A stretch of DNA of 64,000 nt from an uncultured Gammaproteobacteria bacterium (GCA_963714705.1 CAVQPJ010000013.1:962512-1026511), one strand, 5' to 3'; counted from the stretch's first letter, positions 18,089-28,898 are shown. Notes: a model not told the origin generated them from the sequence alone. Numbers and translations: made by a program.

Positions 18089-18736
18089 ATGTCAACACCC
18101 GAGTTGAAAGTTCCCGAGTCGTCGTCGCCGTTCACGGCGTTGGCTCACTGCGATGCAGGTGCTTGCGCACGGGACCGGCTCTTCAGCGCCGCCATCAATC
18201 TCTTCTATCGAAACGGCATTCGCGCCGTCAGCGTCGACGCCATCGCCGCCGAAGCGGGCACGACGAAGGTCACCTTCTATCGAGTGTTCGAGTCGAAGGA
18301 CGACCTCATCGTGCAAGTGCTCGAGGAGCAGTCACGTCGTTTCTGGGAGTGGTGGGATGGAATCGTCGCCGAGCATCCCGGAGAGCCGCGCAAGCAGATC
18401 GAGGAGCTCATCGCCCGATTTCGCGACGAGATCATTGGCGACGACGAGTGCCGCGGCTGCGCCGTCGCGAACGCAGCCGTCGAGATCGTCGATGAAGATC
18501 ATCCGGCGAGAGCCGTGATCAAGAAGCACAAGCTCGAGATCGCGCAGCGTCTACGCGATCTCTGCCGCCAGATGGACGCGCGCCAACCCGACGTGCTTGG
18601 CGACGCACTGAGCCTGTTGTACAGCGGCGCGTTTGCAGCGCGGCTCTCTTACGACGGCCGCGAGCAGATCACGGCCGTATCCGCCGCCGCTGCCGCCCTG
18701 CTCGACTCTGCACTCGGCGTACCGCCGAAGGCCTAA
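18089..18736 (+). CDS. TetR-family transcriptional regulator
   Basis: N-terminal HTH AAINLFYRNGIRAVSVDAIAAEAGTTKVTFYRVFESKDDL. Divergent from the efflux operon. Confidence 0.9.
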   Translation: MSTPELKVPESSSPFTALAHCDAGACARDRLFSAAINLFYRNGIRAVSVDAIAAEAGTTKVTFYRVFESKDDLIVQVLEEQSRRFWEWWDGIVAEHPGEPRKQIEELIARFRDEIIGDDECRGCAVANAAVEIVDEDHPARAVIKKHKLEIAQRLRDLCRQMDARQPDVLGDALSLLYSGAFAARLSYDGREQITAVSAAAAALLDSALGVPPKA

Positions 18737-18742
18737 CGCCGC

Positions 18743-21529
18743 TCAACCGTTCGAGGCGAAGACCTCGTTGAGCAGCCGAGTCGCTTCCTGCTTCGAGAGC
18801 CACTCGCCGAACGCCGGGCCAAGAAGCGGCCGGCAGAAGAGGAACCCTTGCCCGACATCGCACCGCAGCTTCGCGAGTAGCCGGCGCTGAATTTCCGATT
18901 CGATGCCCTCGGCAATGACCTCTTTCCGCAACGAGTGGGCGATGCCGAGGACGGCTTTGACGATGGACAGGGATTTCTCGTCGGGTAGGCCTTCGATGAA
19001 CGTCCGGTCGATCTTGACGCGGTCGAAGCTCAGCTCCTTGAGATAGCCGAGCGATGAATAGCCGGTGCCGAAATCGTCGATCGCCGTGCCGATACCGCGG
19101 CTTGCGAGATCACGCAATACTCGATCGGCACGCTCGAAGTCGGTCACGAGGCTCGCCTCGGTCAGCTCGATCTCCAGGCAATGACCCGAGAGCTTCGACG
19201 ACTGCAAGCATTCGTCGACGAGCTCGACGAAGCCCTTGTCGAACAGCTGCCGTGTCGCGACGTTGATGGCCACACGACGAATCGACAGGCCCTGGTGTTT
19301 CCAGCGCGACAGCTCCTCGAGCGCCGTTTGCAGCGTCCATCTGCCGATCGATTCCAGCAGCCCCGTCTCCTCGAGCACGGGGAGCACGATCGTGGGGGAG
19401 ATCAGCCCGCGCGTCGGGTGCCGCCAGCGCAGCAGCGCTTCCGCGCACACGACCTCGCCTGTCGCGAGGTCGACCTGCGGCTGGTAAACGAGGAACAGCT
19501 CTCGGTTGGCGAGCGCGCTGCGCAAATCGCTTTGCAGCATCCGGCGGTCGTTGATGCGCTCGTCCATCTCCTTGGCGAAGAACACGTACCGCGCGCGACC
19601 GCCTTCCTTGGCGCTGTACATCGCGGTATCGGCCTTCCGCAACAACTCTTCGGCGGTGCCGCCGTCGTCGGGGAACATCGTTACGCCGACGCTGGCGCCG
19701 ATGAGGCACTGCTCGCCGTTGACGAGGAACGGCCACTTCAGGGCCTCCATGATGTTACCGACGAGCACTTCAACCTCGAGCGGCCCGTGGACGCTCGGCA
19801 GGATGACGACATACTCGTCTCCGCCGAGCCTCGCGACCGTATCCGTCGCGCGTACCGCCGAGCGCAGCCGCACCGATGTCTCGCGCAAGAGTTGGTCGCC
19901 GGCCGCATGGCCAAGCGAGTCGTTGACGTGTTTGAAGCCGTCGAGGTCGATGAAGAGCACCGCGAGCTTCTGCTCTTGGCGCCGAGCGACGGCGAGAGCT
20001 TGGCCCAAGCGGTCGTGGCAGAGCTGTCTATTCGGCAGCCCCGTGAGCGCGTCGAAATGCGCCCTGCGGAATAGTTGCTGCTCACGCTCGGCGGCGGAAG
20101 TCGCGACCGCGATGCGGTTCGCGAGCTCGCGCAGCGAATCCAGCTCGGCGTCCGCGGTGACCGCGCCTGATTGGAACGTCGCCAGCAGGACTCCTCGCAG
20201 TTGCTCGCCGTGGACGAGCGGCTTCACGAACACGCGACAGCGGTCGTCGGCCAGGGCAAAGGCGGGTAAACGGCTACGAATGCCCGCACCGCTTTCGAGG
20301 CTGCCGCGGTCGCGCTGGCGGAGCCAACGGCGCAGCTCCTGCGATATCGGGCATCGCACCGGCGAGCGCGCATCCGTGCCCGCGGGGGCGGTTCGACGGT
20401 ACAAGCGCGCCAAGTCCGGATTGTCGGGATCGATGAGCAATACCGCGATGTCGCATCCGTGCACAATCGTCGTAACCCGCGCCAAGACCGCGTCGAGGAT
20501 CGCTTCCGTTTGCCCCGAGGAGAGAATCAGCCCGTCGATGTCCCGCAGCGCGGTCAGGGTGTCGAACTGCCGACCCAGTTGCTCCGCCATGGCGTTCATG
20601 GCGTTGCCGAGCTCGCGGAATTCGTCGTCGCCGTGCAAGTCGAACCGCGTCGCAAACTCGCGAGCCGCGATCTTGCGCGTGCCCGCCACGAGCCTGCTCA
20701 GAGGGCGAAGAATGCTTCGGCTCTGCACGATCGCGAGCAGCAGGATCACAAAGCAGCTGATCACGACAGCGCGAGAGTAGACGGTGCTGAGCGCCGCCAG
20801 GGACTCGACCGCAGTCGGCGCAGGGCGGCTCGCGACGATGGACCAAGGAGCCGCCGCGAATCGCGATGGCAACGGAAGCTGCGAGTAAACCGCCGCGATT
20901 GGCACGTCCCCGTCGTGCCAGGCGGCAGTGCCGCTCGATGCCGCAGCGCGCGAGGCAGCCAACGAGCGGCGCGCGCTGTCCGACAAACGCCCGGTACAGT
21001 ACAGGGGCTCCGCTAGATCTGGCGCAAATACACAAAGGCTCGTGCGGCTCGGCAGCAAGCCCTCCGTTTTCCAGAGGTAGTCGGGAGCCACACTGCCCAC
21101 GGACAATCCACTCGCGCTCGCACGGGCCATGAGGATCCGGTCGCCGCCCGGACGGCGTTCGACCAGCAATCGGGTGCCACCGGGCGCCACGATGCCGATC
21201 TCGGGCGCGTCGGTCAGCTCCCCTTCGACGACTTGCGTGCCCTGCTCTGTTCGAAGCAGGGCGGCGTCGAACGCTATCGCGTCGAACGGGGTCTCTGCGG
21301 ACAACGCAGACAGCATGTTCTCGGCGACGCGAAGACGTTCGACGAGCCGCTCGCCGAAATCGTGGCTCGCTTGTTGCAGCTCGCTTTCCGAGCGGACTTG
21401 AAGAGTCCTGTGCGCCTCGACGACCGTGAAGACAGCGGAGGTGCCGATCGGAACGAGGCTCGCCAGCGCAAACGACATGAAGAGCCGGCGCGCGACCCGG
21501 TTACCGAACAGTTTCCCCTTAAACGCCAT
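18743..21529 (-). CDS. Membrane-bound sensor with HAMP-GAF-GGDEF-EAL domains (c-di-GMP turnover)
   Basis: 928 aa with two TM segments flanking a periplasmic domain. GGDEF (RLGGDEYVVIL) and EAL (EIELTE, DDFGTGYSSL) motifs. Confidence 0.9.
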   Translation of the reverse strand: MAFKGKLFGNRVARRLFMSFALASLVPIGTSAVFTVVEAHRTLQVRSESELQQASHDFGERLVERLRVAENMLSALSAETPFDAIAFDAALLRTEQGTQVVEGELTDAPEIGIVAPGGTRLLVERRPGGDRILMARASASGLSVGSVAPDYLWKTEGLLPSRTSLCVFAPDLAEPLYCTGRLSDSARRSLAASRAAASSGTAAWHDGDVPIAAVYSQLPLPSRFAAAPWSIVASRPAPTAVESLAALSTVYSRAVVISCFVILLLAIVQSRSILRPLSRLVAGTRKIAAREFATRFDLHGDDEFRELGNAMNAMAEQLGRQFDTLTALRDIDGLILSSGQTEAILDAVLARVTTIVHGCDIAVLLIDPDNPDLARLYRRTAPAGTDARSPVRCPISQELRRWLRQRDRGSLESGAGIRSRLPAFALADDRCRVFVKPLVHGEQLRGVLLATFQSGAVTADAELDSLRELANRIAVATSAAEREQQLFRRAHFDALTGLPNRQLCHDRLGQALAVARRQEQKLAVLFIDLDGFKHVNDSLGHAAGDQLLRETSVRLRSAVRATDTVARLGGDEYVVILPSVHGPLEVEVLVGNIMEALKWPFLVNGEQCLIGASVGVTMFPDDGGTAEELLRKADTAMYSAKEGGRARYVFFAKEMDERINDRRMLQSDLRSALANRELFLVYQPQVDLATGEVVCAEALLRWRHPTRGLISPTIVLPVLEETGLLESIGRWTLQTALEELSRWKHQGLSIRRVAINVATRQLFDKGFVELVDECLQSSKLSGHCLEIELTEASLVTDFERADRVLRDLASRGIGTAIDDFGTGYSSLGYLKELSFDRVKIDRTFIEGLPDEKSLSIVKAVLGIAHSLRKEVIAEGIESEIQRRLLAKLRCDVGQGFLFCRPLLGPAFGEWLSKQEATRLLNEVFASNG

Positions 21530-21674
21530 CGCCCCACCGGTGAGTCGCGGGAGATGCTGCGACAGACACCGTGACGCTACTCGCTGTGCGGGGGCGCCGC
21601 TGTGGCGGCTTTCACGGCTTAGCGCACGTCTCCTTGATTATGGAAAAACGTTCGCGCCATCGGGTCCCCTGCGA

Positions 21675-23948
21675 TCAAAATCTGAAGGTATAGCTCGCCT
21701 TCGCGACGACGTCGGCCGCGAGCGAGTGGAAGCGATTGTCCTCGTCGAAGTCCTGCAGGTTGTGGTTGACGACGAAGTAGAGCTCGCGGCCCGCCTCGGG
21801 AATCCAGTTCAGGCGCAGATTGAGCCCGACGACCTCGCTGACGTTGTCGTATTGAATCAGGTTCGTCCACGACAGGCGCGACGAGAACACGATGTCGAAG
21901 TTCGTGTTCACGATGCGCGTCGTGAACTTGCCGTTCTCGACGGGCAGGTCGATCTCCTGGATGTTGAAGCCGACCCCTGTGCGAAAACGTGGGCTGGGTG
22001 CCCACGTGAAGTTGCCGAACGTACGCGCACGTGTGCCGTTGTAGAAACCGCCGTCGGTCCGCGCGAGGCGGCCCGAGAGCCGCCGGTGCGCCGAGAAGCC
22101 CCACTCGAGGCCGTGGTCGTCGAATGAGTACTCGCCTACGGGCAAGATCGTGCCCGGCCGAATCTCGAACGGCACCTCGAGCACTTCCGTCTCGAAGTTC
22201 GAGCGGATGAAGAGCATGTCGTTCGTGCGGTTGTGCATCTGGACCGGCGTGAGCCCGATCTGCTGCGACTGCAAGCGGCCGTTCAGACCTTCGATGCGCT
22301 GCCCGTCGAGATTGAAGAACAGCGATTGCCAGTACCCGGTCGAGGGCCGGTGCGTGTACGCGATCTGGCCCGAGTAGTCGCGGACGTCCGTGCGGCTCGT
22401 GAAACCGAGCGCCGGATAGAAATTGGCTTCGACGCGCCGCGTCGAGAACGCGCCGCGGAACTTGTTGTTGCTCGGCACCGAGACGCCGAAACCGGCCGCC
22501 GAGTCGGCGCCGCCGACATCGAGCTGATCCGGCGCCTCGTCGGGAAACCACTGCGTATCCGTCGATTGATACCACACGCCCGCCTCGATCGTGCGGCCGC
22601 CCGGCAGCCGCGAGTTGCGGTACAGCGCGTCGAAGCCCGCGAGGGAGTTGTTGCGCGAGCTCAGCGGATCGCCGTCGGTGAACACGGCGCCGAGCGTGGA
22701 CTCGCTGCCGATCCCGGCCTTCGCGCGCACGACGGACAGCGTGGTGTCGTCAACGCCCGCGAGGGGGTTCTCGTCCTGGCGGATCGACAAGGCTCCGACC
22801 TCGAAGCGGCCGGCGCGGCCGCTGATCTTGCCGCCGTAGTTGAGATCGACGGGCTCGCCGAGCTCGCCAAGGCCGATGCGCCGCGAGAAGAACGGCCGCG
22901 CGTTCTGCCGCTCGGCATTACTGATGCTGCCCGTGCCGTCCGACGCGCCGATGCGGCCGAACTCGAAGATGTCGGCCTCGCGCAGGAAAAAGTCGCGCTT
23001 CTCGGGGAAGAACAAACCGAAGCGCGTGAGGTTGACCTGGCGGTCGTCGACCTCGGTCGCCGAGAAGTCCGTGTTGAACGTCAACGCCGCGTTCATCTGC
23101 GGCGTCAGCTTGTAGAACAGATCGAGCGACGGCTCGAAGTCGTTCTCGGACGTGTCGAGCTCGGGCTCCACGGCCGGTGTCGCGGGATTGTCGTTGCGCA
23201 GCACGCGCCGGTTCGTCAGGCTCGCCGACGGCACGACGTCGAGGCCGATGCCTTGATCGAGCCCCGAGAGCCCCGTCATGAGCCCCGCACTGCTCGGGTC
23301 CCAGCGCCGGTTGCGCGAGACCCACGCCATGTCCTCGTTGCGCGTCTCGAGGCTGCGCGTGAAATTCAGGCCCCACGTGTCGCTGTTCGGATCGAACGAC
23401 AGCGACTTGAACGGGATCTCGTACTCGGCTGTCCAGCCGCCGTCGAAGCGCTGCGCCGCGGCGTCCCAGATGCTGTCCCAGTCGCTGTAGTACTCCGAGA
23501 CGTTGCGATAGAGGCCGTCAAAGCGCACGCCGTGCGCGTTCAAGCCGAAGAAGTACCCGCCGCGCTGCGTGTTGAACGGGTCGAGCGTCACGAACAGCGT
23601 GTCTTCCTGCGTGATCGAGGCGCCCTGGCGCATGATGTTCGCCGTGATCTCGCCGGGCGGCGTGTAGATGCGCGCGGCCACGTACAGCGCATCGTCGTCG
23701 TAGAGCAGGTAGATCTCGGTGCGTTCCGACGGCTCCGCGTACTCGACGGGGTTCACTTGGTGGAAGTTGTCGATGCGCGCCGCGGTGGCCCACGCAGCAT
23801 CGTCGAGCGCGCCGTCGATGACGGGGCGCGCGGTCGTGCGCGCGACCTGCACGCTCTTCTGCCCGGGATCTTGCAGCGGCGCCGCATTCTGAGCGGACGC
23901 CCAACCGGCGCACAACAGCACGCAGAATGCCCACGGTGTGACCCGCAT
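21675..23948 (-). CDS. Outer-membrane protein with N-terminal CBM9-like domain and DUF5916-type beta-barrel
   Basis: Signal peptide ...CAGWASAQ. IDGALDDAAWATAARIDNFHQ and LYVAARIY are typical of CBM9/DUF5916 proteins. C-terminal ASYTFRF is an OMP terminal-Phe signature. Confidence 0.7.
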   Translation of the reverse strand: MRVTPWAFCVLLCAGWASAQNAAPLQDPGQKSVQVARTTARPVIDGALDDAAWATAARIDNFHQVNPVEYAEPSERTEIYLLYDDDALYVAARIYTPPGEITANIMRQGASITQEDTLFVTLDPFNTQRGGYFFGLNAHGVRFDGLYRNVSEYYSDWDSIWDAAAQRFDGGWTAEYEIPFKSLSFDPNSDTWGLNFTRSLETRNEDMAWVSRNRRWDPSSAGLMTGLSGLDQGIGLDVVPSASLTNRRVLRNDNPATPAVEPELDTSENDFEPSLDLFYKLTPQMNAALTFNTDFSATEVDDRQVNLTRFGLFFPEKRDFFLREADIFEFGRIGASDGTGSISNAERQNARPFFSRRIGLGELGEPVDLNYGGKISGRAGRFEVGALSIRQDENPLAGVDDTTLSVVRAKAGIGSESTLGAVFTDGDPLSSRNNSLAGFDALYRNSRLPGGRTIEAGVWYQSTDTQWFPDEAPDQLDVGGADSAAGFGVSVPSNNKFRGAFSTRRVEANFYPALGFTSRTDVRDYSGQIAYTHRPSTGYWQSLFFNLDGQRIEGLNGRLQSQQIGLTPVQMHNRTNDMLFIRSNFETEVLEVPFEIRPGTILPVGEYSFDDHGLEWGFSAHRRLSGRLARTDGGFYNGTRARTFGNFTWAPSPRFRTGVGFNIQEIDLPVENGKFTTRIVNTNFDIVFSSRLSWTNLIQYDNVSEVVGLNLRLNWIPEAGRELYFVVNHNLQDFDEDNRFHSLAADVVAKASYTFRF

Positions 23949-24037
23949 TTATTTCTGATCGCCCACTCAGGAAAGCGCGAACGATAACCGAAACACGCTA
24001 TCAAGGGCGGGGATGCCGACCGCAGCGCGCTTGAGTT

Positions 24038-24538
24038 TTGCCAAGCGTTGCGCACGCGGTCCGAGGGAGGTACAAAAGCCAACCCCTGTTCGAAACGGTG
24101 GCCCGAGTGTTGGCACAAGAGCTGTTGATCCGAATGTGCTGTGCGCGCGCGGCGCTCGAGGATCTCGACGCCGAGGTCACCGTGGCGGCGCTCGCGAAGA
24201 TCAGCGGTTTGTCGCGCTCGCAGTTCATCGCGCGATATCGCGCCGCGTTCGGCGTCACGCCGCATCAGACGCGCATTCGCGCGCGCCTCGATCGCGCGAA
24301 GTGGCTGCTGGCGACGAGCGCTCTCACGGTGACCGAAATCTGCATGGCCGTCGGCTTCTCGAGCCTGGGCAGCTTCAGTCATCTGTTCCGAATTCGCTGC
24401 GGCGAGTCGCCCGTGCGCTTCAAGCAGCGCATGGCAACTCTCGGCGAGTCATCGCTGGTGCCGCACTGTCTCCCGCTCATGATCGAGGCCTGGACGAATC
24501 GTACTTTTCGAGAAGCCGGCAAGACGACGAAAAGATAG
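24038..24538 (+). CDS. AraC-family transcriptional regulator (short form)
   Basis: Two HTH units: VAALAKISGLSRSQFIARYRAAFGVTPHQ and VTEICMAVGFSSLGSFSHLFRIRCGESP. Start uncertain. Confidence 0.8.
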   Translation: MPSVAHAVRGRYKSQPLFETVARVLAQELLIRMCCARAALEDLDAEVTVAALAKISGLSRSQFIARYRAAFGVTPHQTRIRARLDRAKWLLATSALTVTEICMAVGFSSLGSFSHLFRIRCGESPVRFKQRMATLGESSLVPHCLPLMIEAWTNRTFREAGKTTKR

Positions 24539-24571
24539 AGTCCGTGCGCTAGGCCAAACACGGGGATTCCA

Positions 24572-24964
24572 ATGCTGCGAATCAAGCTCTGCTCGATTTT
24601 CGTCGACGATCAAACGAAAGCGCTGCGCTTCTATACGGACGTGCTCGGCTTCGTGAAGCTGCACGACATCCCGATGGGGGAGTTCCGTTGGTTGACGGTT
24701 CGCGCCGCCGACGGCAGCGAGACCGAGCTGGTTCTGGAACCGAACGCCAATCCTATTGCTCGGACCTACCAGCAGGCGCTGCTCGAGCAGGGAATCCCGG
24801 CGACCTCGTTCGAGGTCGACGATCTCAAAGCGGAGTTCGACCGGCTGCGAGCCCGCGGCGTCGAGTTCACGACTCCGCCGACCCAAGCGGGTCCCGTGTC
24901 GCGCGCCGTTCTGCTCGACACCTGCGGCAACCTGATTCAGCTCCACCAACCGCCGCGCCGCTAG
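24572..24964 (+). CDS. VOC-family (glyoxalase/bleomycin-resistance fold) protein
   Basis: 130 aa. FVDDQTKALRFYTDVLGF...FEVDDL...GVEF...GNLIQLHQ. Confidence 0.8.
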   Translation: MLRIKLCSIFVDDQTKALRFYTDVLGFVKLHDIPMGEFRWLTVRAADGSETELVLEPNANPIARTYQQALLEQGIPATSFEVDDLKAEFDRLRARGVEFTTPPTQAGPVSRAVLLDTCGNLIQLHQPPRR

Positions 24965-25061
24965 CGATAACGCTGCAACTCGCTCTCGACATAAGTGCGC
25001 GACTGGACGTCGGCCGCGCCACCGTCTTATCGTCGTCATCCTAAGAACGAGAACTCGACCT

Positions 25062-28000
25062 TTGACCGCGAAGCTCCTTCTTGCATCGGCGTTCCTCGCA
25101 CTCGTCGCGGTCACCTTGACCGCATGCGGCGGTGGCGGCGGCGGAACCGATCCCGCGCCGGCCGCGCAGCCGCCGCCGGTGCAGGGGCCGCCGGGGCCGA
25201 TGACGCCGATCGTCGCGCCGTCGTATCCGGCTCTCGAGCTCACGACCGCGAACGCGCCCGAAGCCGTCGCAATCGCGCTGCGTGTAATCGAGGAGGCGCC
25301 GGGCGTGGCGACCTTTGCCGTATTCGCGACCGAGGTGTTGACGCAGACCGGGCCCCGGACCTTCGGGCCTTGCCCGACGCCGCGCATCGGGACATCGCAG
25401 TTCGTTCACTACGACGTCGAACCCGATCGGGCGATCGGCCGCGGCGACATCTTGACCGCCGAGTTCGTGCCCTGCACCGGAACGTCCGGCAAATTGGTGA
25501 TTCGCCCTACACTCGTCGACGCGGCCGCGCAGCGTTTCGAAGCGCGCGTCGAGTTCAGCAACGAACCCACGGTGACGGGCGACTACGCAGCGGGCAGCTT
25601 CGATCTCGTCACCACTTTTGCCGGAGCTCCCCGCGTGCAAACGCTCTCGGGCTTGACCATCGTCCGCAGGGAGAACGGCGAAGCCACTTACGTCACGGGC
25701 GGGCGCATCGAGGTCGCGGCCACCGTTGCGCCGCAATATTCGTTCAGCTACGCCGCGACGGTGTCGAGCGGACGCTTGGCTCGCACTTACGGACTCACGA
25801 CGCCGGTTGCGTTGCGCGGCGCCTACAGCGCGCCGCCGAGCGAAGGGGAGATCGTCGTCGAAGGCTCGCCGACCCGCGTCCGCATCACACCGGCAACGGA
25901 TCCGGCCGAACGAGACGACATGACGAGCCTCGCAGTCGACGTCGCGGGCTCCGGACAGTACGGCGCGGCGACGCCGTTACCTTGGGCGCGGTTGCTCGGA
26001 ATCGGCAACCTGTTCCGCTGGCACCCGAACACGCGGCCACGAATCACGCGGCTCGAGATCACTCCGTCGAACCCGAACCGGCTCGACACGCTCGTACCCT
26101 CGTACGACGCGATCGATCACGACGGCGACGCACTGCACCTTTTCGGGCTCTGGAGCATCAACGGCGTCCGGTTGCCGCAGCCGTCACCGACGCTACCGCC
26201 CGGGAGCTTCGTCAGGGGCGACCTCATCGAGTTGCTGATTCAAGCGCAAGACAACGCGGGCGGCGTCGGCCGGCGCTCGATCACGTTCACGATCGCCAAT
26301 GCTCCGCCGAGCGCCACGGCGGCGATCACGCCGACGGCGCCGCTGTCGGTGCAAGATCTCGCAGTGTCGTCGACGGCCACGGATCCCGACGGCGATCCGC
26401 TGACCACGACATACGCATGGCGCATCGGCGGCGCGCCGTTGGCAGGCCAAACCAACCCGACGTTGAGCCACACCGCGCACGCCAAGAACAACGTCGTCAC
26501 CGGCGTTGTCGCCGTCAACGACGGCTTCACGACGGCGACGGCCGAGGCGTCGGTCACGATCCTCGACACGCCGGGCTTTGTGAACGTGCCGTCCCCGCCG
26601 ACGGGCGTCAACTACGACAGCCCCATCTCGTTCACGGCCGTCGCGAGCGACTATGATGGCGACGACACGAGCACGAAGGACTTTCGCATCGTTTACGGCC
26701 CGGCCGGCATGGCGGTGCACCCAGACACCGGGGTCGTGAGCTGGACGCCCCGCGGCCCGATGTTCGAGCGCACACTGCGCGTGAACTATGGCGTCACCAT
26801 CGACGAACCTGGCGCCGGCGTCGCGACCGGCAGCTTTGTTGTCACCGATCCGAACCACGTGCCGCCGCTCGCACGCGGCGGCGTCAGCCAGCCAACGAGC
26901 ATGCATGTCGGCGACTTCGATGGGGACGGCGACCTCGAGACGCTCGTCGCGAACTCCGGCGGCGGCGTCTATGAGCTGCAAAAAGCCGCCGGGGCCGGCT
27001 ATCGCCAGACGTGGGCCGACTTCACCAGCGCAGGCGGCAATATCACGACCGACATCGCCGCCGAGGACATCGACGGCGACGATCAAGCTGAAATTTTTCT
27101 CGCCTCCTACAGCCGCACGGTCGTGCAATACGCAGGAGCCGACCGAAGGCTCGCCCGCCGCGCGGAGCTGCCCGTGCCGCCAACGTATGTGTGCATGGAC
27201 TTCGAAGTCGCCGACCTCGACGGCGACGGCGACAGTGAGGTCATTTGCCTCGCGGTCGATTCGAACATGTTCCCTCTCGACGCGATCGGCGTGATCGTCG
27301 TGCTCGCGGCCGACACTCTCGACGTCATCGCGCAACTTGCTCCCGATGTCTATGGGTATCACTTGGCCGTCGCTAACGTCGACAACGACGCGGCGCTCGA
27401 GATCGTGACGGGCTCCGGCCACGTGTTCGACGGCGTGGCCGCACTCGCCTCGAGCTCTGTGCCTCAGTGGCGGCATACGCGAAGCTTTGGTTGGCCGATC
27501 GCCGCCGGCGACGTCGACGGCGACGGGATCGCGGAGATCATCGGCATCGACGGCGTCGAAGGTATACCCGGCCTCAACGGCACCGTCAGAGCGTTCGACG
27601 CACGCCTGCAACAAAGGCGCCAACGCTGGAGCTTCCTGAGCCCGAATCCCGGCTCGCTGCACGTAGCTGATGTCACCGGCGACTCGATCGCCGAGATCCT
27701 CGTCGGCCACGGCTTGATCGGCGACGTAGCCGTCTATCGGCAAACGAACCCCACGACGACGAGCAAGATGTTCACCGTCAACTTCGGCGACAACTCGTCG
27801 ATCTACGTCATCGCCACAGGCAACCTCGACGGCGACGCCGACGTCGAGATCTTCATCAGCGGCGGTAACGACCCGTGGTTCGCCATCGCGGGCGGCAACC
27901 CTACGCCGCAGATCGAATGGACGCCCACCGTCTCGCAGCAACCCTTCGGCTTCCTCGGCGGCGAAAGGCTCGGCGCCGAGCTCGCGTTCCTTGCCGCGAC

Positions 28001-28898
28001 GCCGGACGGCGACATGCGCTTCGTGCAGTTCGACACGGCCGACGGCGACCTCGCGTTGAGCGGCGGGCTGGGCGCCTACAGCGACTTCGACGCGGCGTTC
28101 GCCGTCGTCGACTACGACGACGACGGGGCTCGCGAAGCGCTGCTCGCAGCGGAAGACGAAAACAACGTGCAGACTCGCGCGATCGCGTACGACCTCGCCG
28201 CGAATGCCGTCGAGTGGAGCGCTACGGGCGCAATCAGCGAGGGCGGGCCCACGGACATCGCTTACGCCGACTTCACGGGCGACGGGCGCGACGAGCTCGT
28301 CGTGTTGACGGACACAGGCGGGCTGCGCGTCTACGAAGTTGGTACGAGCGCTCCGCTCTACGAGCGCCCCGGCGCGGTCGCCGGGTCCGCGGACGTTGCG
28401 GTCGTGAACCTCGACGGCATCGGCATGCCCGAGATCGTCGCCACGATGGACAACCGCGTCGTCGTGTTCTCGCGCAACTCGACCGGCTTCGCGATCACAG
28501 CCACGTCGGCGCGCTTCGCCGGCCTCATGGCGATGGAGATCACGGACATCGACGGCGACGATGCGACCGACATCTTCGTGCTCTACGGAACCGAGTCGAG
28601 CCGCTTGGCGCGCCTCGACCGCTTCTTGCTCTTGCGAGGCGACGCGACGCTCGGCCAGTGGGCAACCGACATGACGACGGAGCGCTCGAGCTTCGCGCGC
28701 AAGAACCTCGTGTTCTGGCGCTCGACCTTCACGTCCGACCTGTTCGCCGCGGACCCGATCTCGGGAGCGGAAGTCTGGCGCGCACCCCAGTTCAATGGCT
28801 TCATCGGGCCCGATAGCGTTCGCTACCACGATCTCGCGGGCAATGGCAACTGGTCGATCTCCGTCGGCGCCGGCCCCGGCGTGACGCTGACGCGCTGA
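25062..28898 (+). CDS. Giant lipoprotein with cadherin/Ig-like modules and about 11 FG-GAP (VCBS-like) repeats
   Basis: Lipobox LTACGGGGGG. DxDGD-containing modules (ATDPDGDPLTTTYAW; DYDGDDTS...GVVSWTP). Repeated FG-GAP calcium-loop motifs (DFDGDGDLE, DIDGDDQAEI, DLDGDGDSEV, DVDGDGIAEI, NLDGDADVEI, DFTGDGRDEL, DIDGDDATDI). Confidence 0.75.
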   Translation: MTAKLLLASAFLALVAVTLTACGGGGGGTDPAPAAQPPPVQGPPGPMTPIVAPSYPALELTTANAPEAVAIALRVIEEAPGVATFAVFATEVLTQTGPRTFGPCPTPRIGTSQFVHYDVEPDRAIGRGDILTAEFVPCTGTSGKLVIRPTLVDAAAQRFEARVEFSNEPTVTGDYAAGSFDLVTTFAGAPRVQTLSGLTIVRRENGEATYVTGGRIEVAATVAPQYSFSYAATVSSGRLARTYGLTTPVALRGAYSAPPSEGEIVVEGSPTRVRITPATDPAERDDMTSLAVDVAGSGQYGAATPLPWARLLGIGNLFRWHPNTRPRITRLEITPSNPNRLDTLVPSYDAIDHDGDALHLFGLWSINGVRLPQPSPTLPPGSFVRGDLIELLIQAQDNAGGVGRRSITFTIANAPPSATAAITPTAPLSVQDLAVSSTATDPDGDPLTTTYAWRIGGAPLAGQTNPTLSHTAHAKNNVVTGVVAVNDGFTTATAEASVTILDTPGFVNVPSPPTGVNYDSPISFTAVASDYDGDDTSTKDFRIVYGPAGMAVHPDTGVVSWTPRGPMFERTLRVNYGVTIDEPGAGVATGSFVVTDPNHVPPLARGGVSQPTSMHVGDFDGDGDLETLVANSGGGVYELQKAAGAGYRQTWADFTSAGGNITTDIAAEDIDGDDQAEIFLASYSRTVVQYAGADRRLARRAELPVPPTYVCMDFEVADLDGDGDSEVICLAVDSNMFPLDAIGVIVVLAADTLDVIAQLAPDVYGYHLAVANVDNDAALEIVTGSGHVFDGVAALASSSVPQWRHTRSFGWPIAAGDVDGDGIAEIIGIDGVEGIPGLNGTVRAFDARLQQRRQRWSFLSPNPGSLHVADVTGDSIAEILVGHGLIGDVAVYRQTNPTTTSKMFTVNFGDNSSIYVIATGNLDGDADVEIFISGGNDPWFAIAGGNPTPQIEWTPTVSQQPFGFLGGERLGAELAFLAATPDGDMRFVQFDTADGDLALSGGLGAYSDFDAAFAVVDYDDDGAREALLAAEDENNVQTRAIAYDLAANAVEWSATGAISEGGPTDIAYADFTGDGRDELVVLTDTGGLRVYEVGTSAPLYERPGAVAGSADVAVVNLDGIGMPEIVATMDNRVVVFSRNSTGFAITATSARFAGLMAMEITDIDGDDATDIFVLYGTESSRLARLDRFLLLRGDATLGQWATDMTTERSSFARKNLVFWRSTFTSDLFAADPISGAEVWRAPQFNGFIGPDSVRYHDLAGNGNWSISVGAGPGVTLTR

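Noticed and set aside
26193-28829. Long antisense ORFs (878 aa here; also 15117..16853, 22233..23987, 49271..51271 in part, 9156..10184, 31820..33040)
   Set aside because: They are typical stop-poor shadow frames of a ~70 % GC genome. They are Arg/Ala/Pro-rich with no motifs, and they sit opposite genes with clear family signatures.
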